NCBI GenBank assembly: GCA_003344405.1
Contig: NOWV01000025.1
Coordinates: 1 to 64,000, forward strand
Direction of reading: 5' to 3'
Source: Trichoplax sp. H2
Taxonomy: Eukaryota
Length of the DNA stretch: 64,000 nucleotides
Within the stretch, counting starts at the first letter, position 1, and the number at the start of each line of letters is the position of its first letter. Position numbers and translations under genes: made by a program. Shown piece by piece: positions 16,701 through 29,124 of the stretch. The notes beneath the pieces were generated by a model that did no database searches, was not told where the DNA came from, and saw nothing but the letters and a program-made list of their open reading frames with translations.

Positions 16701-19700
16701 ATGCATGATCTTGTTAATTTTTAAAAGGGCAATTCATGCTATATCTTACTGCCTTCCAATTACTGTTAACAGTTTTCAAATTTACGCGATCATCTAGACC
16801 ATACTTGAAAATAGCTAGCAGTTTTATAATAATTACTAATAAAATGCCTGTACGATTAAATACTTTATCAATCAAAAGGAATAGTGAATTGATTAAAGTT
16901 CTTCATCTCGTATGATTTATCGTATTATTATAAATTAAAATAATCCAGCAAAGGGTACTTATAATTTCCATGATGCTCATAATTTTTCGTACTCTTGAAA
17001 TGTTTTACGTCTAGTGATTGGAACATACTTTAGAAATAAAATTATTCGTCTCGAATTATGTATAACTTATATTTAGTTAATGATATATACTAAAGAATCC
17101 TAAATTTACAATTGAAAGATCAGATTTAATAAGTTCTGGTAGACCTAATTAAATCATTGATTTCTTACGAATTTACCTTTAACTATTCCTTATTTTCAAT
17201 AGCCAGCTTAATTAAATATCAACCTATATTATATTACTACTATAGCGTTTGAACGGTATATAATATTAGATATTGCTATAACAAAAGCCATTGCATCGCA
17301 GTACGATTTATTGAGTGCCATATTTTTTCAGACTATAGAAATAAATAATTATAATTTCGGCACTAGAATCATTTTTAGGTTTTAGGTATAAGCATTATTC
17401 CAGTATTGTCTACGTGTACTGAATAGATCGATATTCATTCATAAATTTAGGAATCGAGCTGGTGATATTCCCGAAACTTTTATTATGAAGCAAAACTACG
17501 ACGACAAGATCACCTATGATTTGGTTAGAGCTATTATGGATAAAACAGGTAAAAGCTAATCCTTCTATGGACTGGATTGATTACAATTTATTGATTATCC
17601 TTTATGAAATATAATGATATTTATTGCACTCTAGCAGTCTAGTGTAGATAGTGCATTTATTGATTCAACTTAACATTTAGTATTTGATTTTAAACCTTTA
17701 TTTTACGCGTGCACACATTATATATTAGGTATGAGCATCCATCAAGTTTTTCATGCATTTGGTAACTTTTGGACTGAATGGACGGAACGCAGTAACTACA
17801 TTATTATGATGCGAATTATTGGCCCTAATCTGTATGCCTTTCTTAACAATTTGAATGCTTTACATGTTCACTTAAGTATGACATTTTCCAACATGATACC
17901 ACCGGAATTCTATTGCGAGCGAACTGATAATCCTAATATCTATCGCCTTCATTATCATTCCAATCGTAAACTACTACGTGGCGTGGCATCCGGCATTATT
18001 GAACGAGCTGCTGAAGTAATCTTTAATCTCAAATTGGAAATTGAATGTATTTATGATGGCATTGATGAAGACAGGGATACATATCGTAATTATGCTATCT
18101 TAGAAATTCGAGAGATTGGTTTAGTCGAAGCTAACAAATGCATTCCTTCTTCAATATCGAAAGAAAAACTTTCACTTTCCCCACAATTTCTAGATCGAAA
18201 TGACGATAGTTCAGAAGAATTTATAACCGGTGAAATTTTTTGCGATACATTTCCTTTCCATATCATTTTCGATGATGAAATGACAATTCTGAGAACAGGT
18301 ACTAGTTTATCACGTAAATTACGGCGACTGAGCAGCGTTATCAAGCCAAAAGTAACCGATCTATTCCAATGTTCTACTCCGCCCATTCGATTAAATAAAT
18401 CGAACATAATGACATATATCAACAACAATTTTACCTTACAACTGAGATCGGATATTACTGATTATTACCTAAACTTGAAAGGCCAAATGATCCGATTAAA
18501 ACACGAACGCTTTCTTTTCATTTGCTCACCTGTTGTCGATCGTCTAGCTGATCTTGAAAAACGAGGTCTATATATTAGCGATTTCCCAATTCATGATCAT
18601 TCACGTGAATTAATATTGCTCAATGAGCAACGTGTGGCTGAATTTCATGTCCATAAAAGATTAGAAGAAACAACTGCAATGTTGGAAAAGACTTCGACAG
18701 CTTTAGCTAAAGAAAAAGTTAAAACCGACAACTTACTTCATTCCATGTTACCCCCTACGGTAGCTGAAAAATTACGAGAAGGTCACGAAGTTGAAGCTGG
18801 TGAATATGAATTCGTAACCGTTTTATTTAGTGATATCGTCGGTTTTACCAGTATCTGCAGTCGATGTAAACCAATTGATGTGGTAGAATTCTTGAACAAT
18901 CTCTATACACGATTTGATCAATTAACCAGCCACTACAAAGTATATAAGGTAGGTTAAAATATCAACGCTATTAATCTTCTTCAACTAATCTGTAGCATGC
19001 CAACATCATTACTGAATGTACTGAACTAATAAGTAACAGTCCAAATTAATTGTAAACTGTTCTTTAATTGCCACCATGATTGAAATGAATTGGATATAAT
19101 GAATTAATTAAATATAAAAAATATGAATAGAACAACTTTCAAGTAGATTAAACGTATTAAAGCCAGTATAGTGTAGTGTTTGAATTTGAATCAGTTTGAA
19201 GTAGAATGGAGTAGAGCTGGAGCAAATCGATAATAGAAATAAATTTTTTAATTCTATGTAGGTAGAGACTATTGGCGATGCCTATATGGTTGTCAGTGGT
19301 GTTCCAGATGTAACTGATGCACACGCTCAAAATGCTATCGACATGGGTCTAGCCATGATTGAAAAATCTGTTTATGTTTGTTCACCGGCGGATGGTAAAC
19401 AAATTCAGGTAGTTTTATAATTTCATCATGGTAATTTTATATCATTTTAAGTTTTAGTGCAATTCTTTTAAAATGAAAGAAAATTTATAAATCCGCCGCC
19501 GTAGCTTCATTTGCAAGACGCTGATTTCTGGTTGTACGCAGAATGCGCACAGTTAAAGAAAACCCATAATTTAGTGTGATATAGACACAGCGTCTAATTA
19601 GGACAAATTATTCAGTCAATTGCATGTCAAGAGTATATAATCTCATTCTTTCATTGTATCCGATGAAGCTATTCCTGACAATTATCTAATGAATACCGTA

Positions 19701-21452
19701 AAGCTTGTTATAGCTAAGCTGAAGGGTTATCAAACGTAAATAATATTTAAATTTTCTGCAATAGATTCGAATTGGTATCCATTCAGGACCAGTTGTAGCT
19801 GGCGTTGTTGGTCATAAAATGCCACGATATTGTCTTTTTGGCGATACTGTTAATACTGCCAGTAGAATGGAAAGCCATGGTGTTCCTGGCACGGTTCACA
19901 TTAGCAGTGCAACTTACGAGTACGTGAGTTTCACTTATTGCAATGAAATATGCAATTACTAGATAGATCTGACAGAAGAGATTCTTGCCGTAAATGGTTG
20001 CTAGGATATAAATATCAAGTTCAATTTATCTTTAATCTTTTAATGTTAATTACTTATGATGAAATAAGTAATCATTGATAGAATCCAATAGAAGACATCC
20101 ATAAATTATAAAAATTTTGTTAAAACATATGAAGGCATTCTGATTTATTATCGTATTTATCTTGGAAAATTGATCGCGTCTATTATAAATTTAATTTAAA
20201 AATATCCTTGATATGCGAATCTTTCGCTTTCGTATTAAAATAATAATTGTATAGGATAATTAGAAGAGATGCGATCAATTTTTTAATATATATACGAAAA
20301 TAAATTAGAATGCCTTGACACGTGAATTATAAGCCACTGATATAAAATATGATAAGCAATCGCCTTAATGTGTGAGTTTCTGGCCGTCGTAATAAAAATT
20401 ATTAGATAGAATCAATGCACAGTAAGATATAAATGTAGTAAATTTACTAAGTAGATACCGTAGTAAATATATTAATACTCACACCAATGATATGAGAGTT
20501 TTAAACCAAGGTAAAAAAATACGATAGAATAGTCATTGATTAAGTGTTGCAGTCTATATCAAACACCAGAGATAGCTACGTTAAATCTACTAAATTATAA
20601 AATTTATTTAAATAGTAGTTATTTACTATGAGCTTTCAGCTATCCAAAAGACATAGTCGTTATAAAAGTATTAATGCAATAGATACAAACGGTAAATATA
20701 CTCAAACAGAAATAATTCAGTGTACTTTAGATGTGAGAGTTGTAACGTGCGGTAATTAGATTTGATCAAGATATAAATCTATTCGATATACTCTTAATAT
20801 ATGAATTAGAAATTAATAATCTACCTAGCACATTCTTAACAAAGTAGTCATCCATGATCGATAACGATTTCTTCGTACAGGAGCTAATGGTATTGAATTG
20901 TTGTGCATGTTACAACTACAGCACTCATAAGCAATAGTAAATAGCTGAAATTTTAAGCTAGTAAATGATTGATAATATAATTTTAATTCATAGTAACAAC
21001 CTGCTGATTGCCTTATCTATCGTAATAGGCTTGTTAAGGAGTCCGATTATAAGATTCAATTACGTGGAGATATCACTATTAAGGGAAAAGGAATTATGAG
21101 AACCTATTTTGTTCTCAGCGGTAATCAGGTTGAAATAAAAGAAGTTGAAACCGTTGTTAATGATACCTCAAATAATCATCGTGGCCAAATTCGTTCCCAG
21201 CAATGGCTAATTGTCGAAGAAGACACCAATGATGATGATACACAACCATCACGTAAATTAAACCTTGAACGTATAGCATCGACGCAATGCGATGCTGGTG
21301 TTCAAGTCAATCTTGAAGATGAAAATGGTTTAACTATGAATTCCAAAGCAGTAGAGGCAAATCCTCCTAACAATCATAGTAGTAGAAATAATCGTCGTCG
21401 CACAATTACTGGAAAGAACAAAGCAAGATCATCAATGTGTTCGCTTCTGTGA
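7781..21452 (+). CDS. Soluble guanylate cyclase, beta-type (H-NOX, PAS/HNOBA, coiled coil, cyclase), about 706 aa, C-terminal CAAX
   Basis: Model: join(7781..7783,10717..10790,17451..17548,17729..18948,19262..19408,19765..19919,21029..21452), 2121 nt, all GT-AG with consistent phases. Exon 1 is ATG only (ATG|GTAAGT) and is the least certain. Exon 2 [25 protein letters not shown]. Heme motifs [12 protein letters not shown] and LHYHSNR. Cyclase motifs [38 protein letters not shown]. Ends in SSMCSLL. Confidence 0.93.
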
Positions 21453-23327
21453 AAATGCCTTATCAACATGTTTTATGTGGATTTCTCGATAAAGTTTTGG
21501 ACATGACTTAATTATAATATAAATTGCAATTTGTTCGATCTTAATTAAAAAAATGAAATGCTAACAATTGTTAATTTATTTCTACTATAACTCGATTCAA
21601 ATGATATTCTTTAAAGTTTCATGATATCGAAATACTGAATCTTAATCAACCCAATCCTTTACAATCAAGGATGTTAGCATTTATATTACGATTATATCAT
21701 GATGTTAGAGTATGACCAAATGTTAGCATGTGATGAAGTTCTCATTTTTTCTTAATTATACATATAATTAATTACTAGAAGAATTTGTTATTATTACTAT
21801 TATTATTATTTCATGCGGCTGACCATCACTTACACGTTGAAATTATTCTAAGATAGTTTCTATACCTGGAAAATGTTAATGAATATCATGAGAGATTTAG
21901 GATTACTACATTATTATAATTATTTTGCTGAAACTAAATTAAGTATTATCTTCTTGTTATTTTAATTATACAATCTCATTTCTACTAATCTATAAGGCTA
22001 GACCTTTTTTCATTGATTAGGTATCTGTACCTATGACAGATTCATTTTACATATTATGCAATTACTTCTTACTATAATTATTATCAATCTTTGACTTATT
22101 CTAATTATATGTAAGTTTATATGCCATGATATCCAGAAATAATAGTGCAATATTTACAAAATTCTCTATAAAACTATATCATATCCATATACTATCACGC
22201 TTCGTTATGCTACGTATTTACTATATGCGTACATCCATAGTTATTTATTTAGCATATCGTATTAGTTTCGTTGAGTAAATCAATGACGTTATTTCTAAGG
22301 AGTATTTCAATGCGGATAGTTAAATTAACTTTATGAAATTTTTACGAATGAATTTACATTTTATTATAGGCACTTGTTATAATATAAATTGAAATTAATA
22401 ATGCATACTATTGATAACCATATCTGAAGACAGAGTAGATCGTATCGATCAGATACTAATATCTAACTTGGCATAACTGTTTAATTCAATTTTTCCAGAT
22501 CCTCATTGCAATGTTATCTTAATAAATGATTTATTAGTTATCTTCATAATAGAAAAATTTGTTCTAAATTTACAAATGGTCAGTTCGTATATTGCTAAGC
22601 ATCTGATCCTTATCGCCACTTTGGTAATCATTAATTACCCGCATTACACAAAATCTCGTTGTTATAAATACAAGGTGTCGACACTGTTTTACTGTAGATC
22701 TCAAATTAAAAAAAAAAATAGAGCGATTTCGTAATTCTTATCCGATAAAGATTAATGCGTAAACGCGGTATGGCAACTTTTACCAACCATAATTCTCACT
22801 AAATACTGCATAAGAATCATTTCCCTGAACAGGTATACCTTCAGGTACAGTATTATACCATAGAGCGGAATGTCTTGTAAAACAGAATTCGTACCTATTT
22901 TCAACGAAATCTCTATGAAAGACATTATGTCGACTTGCAATTAAATGAAGAATGAGGACTTAAGGATCTCGTTTACATCCGTCTACTAAGCATGCAGGGC
23001 TGGACATCGTGCAACTCATGCTAAGCATAACTCTTATTATACAATCATAAAGCAGAAATAACTCATGAAGAGATTATGTATTTACTTTATTCTTATCCAA
23101 TATAAGACATATAACAAGACGGCAATTTTCCTATTCGTTTTTAGTTACTAAATATAACTTCAATACAAATTAGCATGATTAAGTACTAGTAATTGAAACC
23201 AATTCCCAGTACTAAAGTATTTGTGTATAGAAATCTATGAGTTAAATTCCGTCTTTATAAGGTACACGATTACAGCTTATTCAACTACTGCGGAACATAA
23301 TTACAGTAATTTGCTGCTTATATTATA

Positions 23328-26042
23328 TTATTGTGACCCTAATGTTAACCTGTCGAACTGGTATTCACCAAGACCTTGCCCGACACGTTTAAGCTGTGCA
23401 ACATAATCAGCTATTTCCTTGATGGCTGTGACTTGTTCTTGTAGATAGTTTCCTTCCAAAAAGTCACATAACTTGATGGAGATAAAAAGTTAATGTCGAT
23501 ATCAGTAACGGTGCAGCATAAATAAAGCAAATAGATCGTACTAAAGACGACACTATTCGTAGCATTTGGCAAGAGTAGGTTACGAAGATAGTATGGGCTA
23601 AGAATTAGCCCACATAGCACTAGTACAAGTCAATCGGATTACTACATATAAGCTACTTTTGAGCGGATAAAATAAATTTACAGTTAACGGTAAGGGACAT
23701 TAAGTAATATACAGTAGTAAATAGTAACATTTAAGCCTAAATTCAACGGAAAACAACAAGGCATCAATATTATTCAGTAATCGTAGTTTGTTCTAGTGAC
23801 TTGTAGCTAAAATCTTGTGTTGTAGTCATTACGGTATTAAATTACGCGTATAGATTATATGAAACTGTTTAGTCCATACGCGATCGCACTAAAGGATCTA
23901 GCGTTATACATGTAGGTGTATCACTAAGAAAGATTTATTGACTGTATTCAGTATACTGTACTTTCTTACTGGACTGCACGACAATTGCACATTTTGTGTA
24001 CAATATTTACATCAGCACACGAATGATATTGGTCTTCTTAGTCGACGTCAATGTTTACATGATCCTATATGATATTATACTTGTCTTTCACATACAGACT
24101 GAGCGCAACGACATTGCATTAGGAGAATGAATTAGAGAGTTCCATCCGTGCAAGGGTAATGATATACTGTATATCTACGTTGATATTCAATGTTGATTAT
24201 TTACAGGTTCATACATTTCATGATGTCACTAGGTGAACCAACAGATTGGCCAAGTAAATAAATAACCACACAGCATAACGCATACAATCATAACGATATG
24301 CTCGTGCTATTGTAGAGTACAGTACTTGATTTTGTGACAATCAACCAATGTTACGAATGAGAACGTTAGTAATCAATTTTTACAAGTTTGATGGTCAGTA
24401 CTAGAATTGACACAATATCTGTGATGATATCATCACTGTTATTACAATAGTATGAGGTCATTTACCTGTGAATCATTATGGCGCTCAGCAACACTATGTA
24501 AATCAAGTAAAGCCTGGTTGACGTATTTCTCTAAGGCGAGAGCAGCAGACATGGCATCCGAGCATGAACCCCATTCGTCACGTTCAGGTCTCTTGATATC
24601 TTGCAAGACTATACGTCCACCACGGGTATTTTGTAGTTCAAGCAATTTCTCGGCATGTTCTCTCTCCTCATACGAGGCTTTCTTGAAGTATTTGTGAAAG
24701 TTGGGCAGGCTCACATCGTCACGGTCGAAGTAGTACGCCTGAAAACATGTGAGTATACCGTAAAAGCCGTTAGCATAAAAATCTTTTTCCCAAATTGTTT
24801 ACGCTCAGGATATAATAATTCTATTCTATACTAGAAGTGAATTATATATTATCTACAGTACTGTACTGTACTGTATAGAGAAGGCATCTCCAACGAGTGT
24901 GTCGATCATCAAAGAAAGGAAGAAAATTTATCGCAAGTCTGGATAGGAAAAAAGTGATTTTAGACTCTACATCCAGATTCTAAAGCCATCTAACACAGCT
25001 TGAATAGTAGTTATCGCTAACTTTATGTGGGATATTCATGTTGATGCAGTTTTCATATTGATATAGTAGAGTACTGTCAAGGATGGAAACAAGGCGTGGG
25101 GTATTTCATCATACCGGGCTAGTGTATTCGCTGAGTCACCTTCAAGGCTGCTGTACTATAGTGTAAAGTAGTACACGGTGGCCGGTTGGCAGCACAGTAG
25201 GGAATAGTGTATTGGGACGAAGGGTGCCAGGCAGAAAACAGCGGTACCTCCTCTTGTACAAGCGTAGTATGCATCTAAGGCTGACTAAAATATGAATTCT
25301 ACTGAGAGATTGGAGGATTTCATTTCGCTTCTGCTGCATAGAAAAGTTAAGTCAGTTCGCTTCAGCATTCAACATAGAGGACTGAATTAAAATTGAGTTT
25401 GTGTTGGGTTCGTTTTTTGGATACTGTACCTGTATAAAATGAGCGCATTCCATATATACTGTGCAATGCGCGAAATTTTAGTACTAAACCGGTATTTTCC
25501 GGGGTCCCATTAGTTTTTCTACACACTGTATTATGTTGGCAAGATTTTCAAGTCAGATATTCTCTTTTACTTACGGTTAGAATAATGTAGTACTTAATTA
25601 CTGGGATCAACATGGATATACGACTGCTACTATAACTGGACTCGTTAGAACAGTGCCGGCATTGAAACAAAATATTTTTTTGGCCCTTGAATAGTAGGAT
25701 GTCCAGCCTGGGTTTTCTTGATAACATGATTATACTAAATAAGCTTTTGATATTCAGTAGAGCATAACGAATAAACAGATGTAACATTGAACTACAGTGT
25801 AGGCAGTATCAATCTACATAGCAGCCAAGTAGGGCAGTGAAAAACGCATGGATAGTCTAACACGGCGCGCACTACATCGACCGATCGGAAAAGACCTAAA
25901 GCAAATCAGTCTGTTTCTTCATTTAATTTGTGTTACCTACCATGGAGAGATAGACATAACTTGCGTATAATTCCAAGTTAATTTGCTTGTTGACACCAGC
26001 TTCACAATCTTCGTGATAATTTTGCCTTGCATTGGACGCCAT
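23328..26042 (-). CDS. FTH1: Ferritin, heavy-chain (ferroxidase) type, 172 aa, 3 exons
   Basis: complement(join(23328..23471,24466..24738,25941..26042)). [34 protein letters not shown] / AYYFDRDDV...[10 protein letters not shown]...LALEKYVNQ / [14 protein letters not shown]...[15 protein letters not shown]. Equivalents of ferroxidase residues E27, Y34, E61, E62, H65, E107 and Q141 are present. Confidence 0.97.
25130..25140 (-). promoter_or_regulatory. Candidate antioxidant response element (ARE/AP-1) in ferritin intron 1
   Basis: Minus strand reads GGTGACTCAGC, matching RTGACnnnGC with an embedded TGACTCA. Motif match only. Confidence 0.35.
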
Positions 26043-26221
26043 TCTGTACTTTTAATAGCAATGGGAGTTCAGAGAAATGATGAAAAACCTTCAGTCAAAA
26101 TGAATCGCAAAACGATTGATACTCTTTAAAATCGAACCGAATGCTTTCAAAAGAATGATTAGTACCGTAGAAGTCCATCCACTCGTTTTATACGTTTGTT
26201 CAAGATGGAGTAAACAATACG

Positions 26222-26525
26222 CTGTATTTATGGTACAGTACCGTACAGTACAAAACTACGATACTGTACAGTACAGTGCACTGTAGCCTCGCTGTACTGT
26301 ACGGTACACTTGCAGGACATACAGACAGTACAGTACTGGACATACTGTATAGTACGGTACAGTACACTGTATTGGACTGGACTATACATAATACTGTACA
26401 GTACAGTCCAGTAATACTGTAATGCGGTAAACAACTGCCTGATCGACTGATGTCATCAAGTTGGTACGTCACGCGCATGTCAAAGCAGGTTCTGATTGGC
26501 TACTCTATTGACTGATGTCATGCAG
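26222..26525 (-). promoter_or_regulatory. Probable ferritin promoter
   Basis: On the minus strand: TATA-like CATAAATA near 26225-26232, CCAAT box AGCCAATCAGA near 26491-26501, two copies of TGACATCAGTC (about 26445-26455 and 26510-26520) and a CRE-like TGACGT near 26466-26471. A CAGTA-rich tract lies between them. Confidence 0.45.
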
Positions 26526-26677
26526 GTTTACAACGCAAAAAGAGAATTTCTCCAAGTTTAGAAATCCTGTACAGTACAGTGTACGGTACAGTACATTGCA
26601 CTGTGCACTCATTGGACAGTGTAAAGTACTGTACTGTACTCTACTAAAATCAACCCGAAACCCGATTGAAACCTGGC

Positions 26678-27146
26678 ATTCGCGTTAACAATTGCTGTGG
26701 CGATAGAGCGTTTGTATAGCGATTGCACTCAATGAGACGGACGGACTTTTCTGACCAAATGAGTCCGTAAATATCGAAAAATGACGACTGTCCTTTTACA
26801 GAAGGAAAAGATCTTTCATGTCTGTGTTTTAAATCGCTGGCAATAATTTAAATAGCGCCTACGATCTTCTATACTGTAACTCTTTTCCAATCAACAGTAT
26901 TATCGGACTCTGGATTCGCGTTAACAATTGCTGTGGCGATAGAGCGTTTATAAAGCGATTGCACTCAATGAGACGGACGGACTTTTCTGACCAAATGAGT
27001 CCGCAAATATCGAAAAATGACGACTGTCCTTTTACAGAAGGAAAAGATCTTTCATGTCTGTGTTTTAAATCGCTGGCAATAATTTAAATAGTGCCTACGA
27101 TCTTCTATGCTGTAACTCTTTTCCAATCAATAGTAATATCGGACTC
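26678..27146 (+). repeat. Tandem duplication, 2 x 236 bp
   Basis: ATTCGCGTTAACAATTGCTGTGGCGATAGAGCG...ATCGGACTC at 26678..26910 and 26914..27146, near identical. Confidence 0.95.
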
Positions 27147-27570
27147 CTACAATTTTTAGAGACTTTAATATTATTTTCGTACTGCTTCGTCATCGTATTG
27201 GAAAATCAATGAAAATTGGTTGTCTAAGCTAAGTAGTCACTTTTTTGTTACCTACTGTAGTCATAGAGTAGACATCAATAACCGTAACAGATATATCGCA
27301 ATGTCACATTGCGATATATCTTTGTTGCAATCTTGACTTAAATTCAATATACTGTATAACTGTAGGAGTCGGGATATTGCTCTTGATCCCAATTGGTAAC
27401 AGACAAGATTCAATGGAATATTATTACTGTTCTTAATTTAGAAGATATCAGTCAATTCCGACCGTCTGCACTAAGGTACTACCATAACGTAGTGTTGGCA
27501 AAATATTTTGGCAAGATGAGACCTAAAATATCTGTCCGTCCAAGAGCAATCAATCCAAGCCTTCATGTTC
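26731..27570. mobile_element. Putative non-autonomous repeat element, copy 1
   Basis: Starts near GGACGGACTTTT and ends near TCTGTCCGTCC, giving inverted GGACGGAC/GTCCGTCC motifs. Colinear homology to 29125..29450. Confidence 0.5.
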
Positions 27571-28172
27571 TATTCTTTTTAGATATTTTGAATACAAAAT
27601 AGAACATATTTACTTAATATTATATCATATTTCATACTGTACAGTATGTACCATTATTGTAGAGTTTAGTAAATATGTTTACTGTCCATAGTTGGTGTTT
27701 CGCACTGTTGTTCTACAATCAGTTATTAAACTGTCAAAATGATCCATGCCTTCATTGAAGTGCACTGATTTACAGTAATACAGTAGTGCATGATTCAACG
27801 ATTGCTAGCACTTTATTTTGAAATAGGCAAACTCCGTTTCAGCAATATATATTAAACGTTTTCAATTTTTTAATTTATTGACAATACCTTCATGTCATTC
27901 CTCAATTACATTTGATTCTCATTACATTTTTATCACAAATACATCACATGTCAACTTTCTTTAGTTTTTAACAGTTCTACTACAGTAGTCACAAATCTTC
28001 CAACGAAGAAAGTTCAGTTATATTATTATCCCCTGGTTCTACGTGCAGCGTACAAGTAGATTACTGTACAGAGAAAACCTGTGCAAAGTAGTGGGCTAGA
28101 TATCCAAGGTACATCATGCATGCTACATAACACAAAAGACTACATGAACCTAAAGCCTTGCTTGCCCCCATT

Positions 28173-28469
28173 TTAAGAAAATGATGCAGACTTCTCGATA
28201 AAATCAGCTAATTTGATGTCTTTTTCGGACAGACCACCACAATCGTGTGTACTCAGTGTAATTTGGACCTTGTTATAAACATTAAACCATTCTGGATGGT
28301 GATCCATTTTTTCAGCTTGTAAAGCCACTCTGCTCATAAATCCAAAAGCCTGATTGAAATTTTTAAACAAAAATTCTTTATAGATGGCATCTCTTCCTTC
28401 AACCTCTGTCCAACCAGTACTCTGGAGTGGCTTCAAGGAATCGATTCGTTCCTGACCTTCTAATTTCAT
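28173..28469 (-). CDS. PCBD: Pterin-4-alpha-carbinolamine dehydratase (PCD/DCoH), 98 aa from the first ATG; an N-terminal extension is possible
   Basis: Uninterrupted ORF with [63 protein letters not shown], the diagnostic PCBD sequence. The listed ORF start at 28541 is TTG; the first ATG is at 28469. Confidence 0.95.
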   Translation of the reverse strand: MKLEGQERIDSLKPLQSTGWTEVEGRDAIYKEFLFKNFNQAFGFMSRVALQAEKMDHHPEWFNVYNKVQITLSTHDCGGLSEKDIKLADFIEKSASFS

Positions 28470-29124
28470 ACTTCTTGTCCTAATGGTCCGAAATGCTAAG
28501 GCTGAAGTCGAAATGGCAAACTTGTCAATCGAGTAAAACAAGAAAGACGCTAATGCTGATCAATATTGACTACTAATACTGACCTTAGTGTACACTACAG
28601 TAATAAGGTCCCTTAATTAATTGGGTATTTGGGGATATTGTACGGTACGGTATAGTAGTTTGTATCGTAAACTACCGTAAAAAGTATTGTAGTTACTGAA
28701 AACTGAGAACTTCCGTTGGGTGCGAAGTAGTAACTGCAATAAGCAGAAGGCATGTCGTTTTCAAGTTATGGAGCTAATCATTAGCGTACATTATCCTTAT
28801 TGAGATGATATTATGTTATTAATAGACTATCATGAATACTTACTGAGTAGCTGATACTGTTGGATCTTGCAAAGCCAACTTCTACCGCGTATCCGTGTAA
28901 CAAGAGAGATTGGCATAGCGTAGGACTGATGTTGAAATCACTTTTACCGCACTGGACTATCTCGAACTACAGTACTACAGTACACTAGAAGAAGGAATTA
29001 TTCAAGTACAGTACTATACTATACTGTACAACAGACTGGACTCTACAGTGTACAGTATCTTGCATGCATGAGCTACAGTACTAAAAGAAAACCTGGACAG
29101 TACTGTAGACTGATCACTCCCTCC

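Noticed and set aside
18090..18428. 112-aa antisense ORF in sGC; also antisense ORFs at 24452, 37629, 51536 and 63372
   Set aside because: Shadow frames of real coding exons, with no independent features.
10864..24436. Short hairpins at 10864-10898 and 24421-24436
   Set aside because: Arms of 8-12 bp in AT-rich DNA are too weak to interpret on their own.
26270..26380. CAGTG hexaloops as a ferritin IRE
   Set aside because: The flanking 5-mers do not pair, and the hits lie within CAGTA low-complexity sequence upstream of the TATA-like box.
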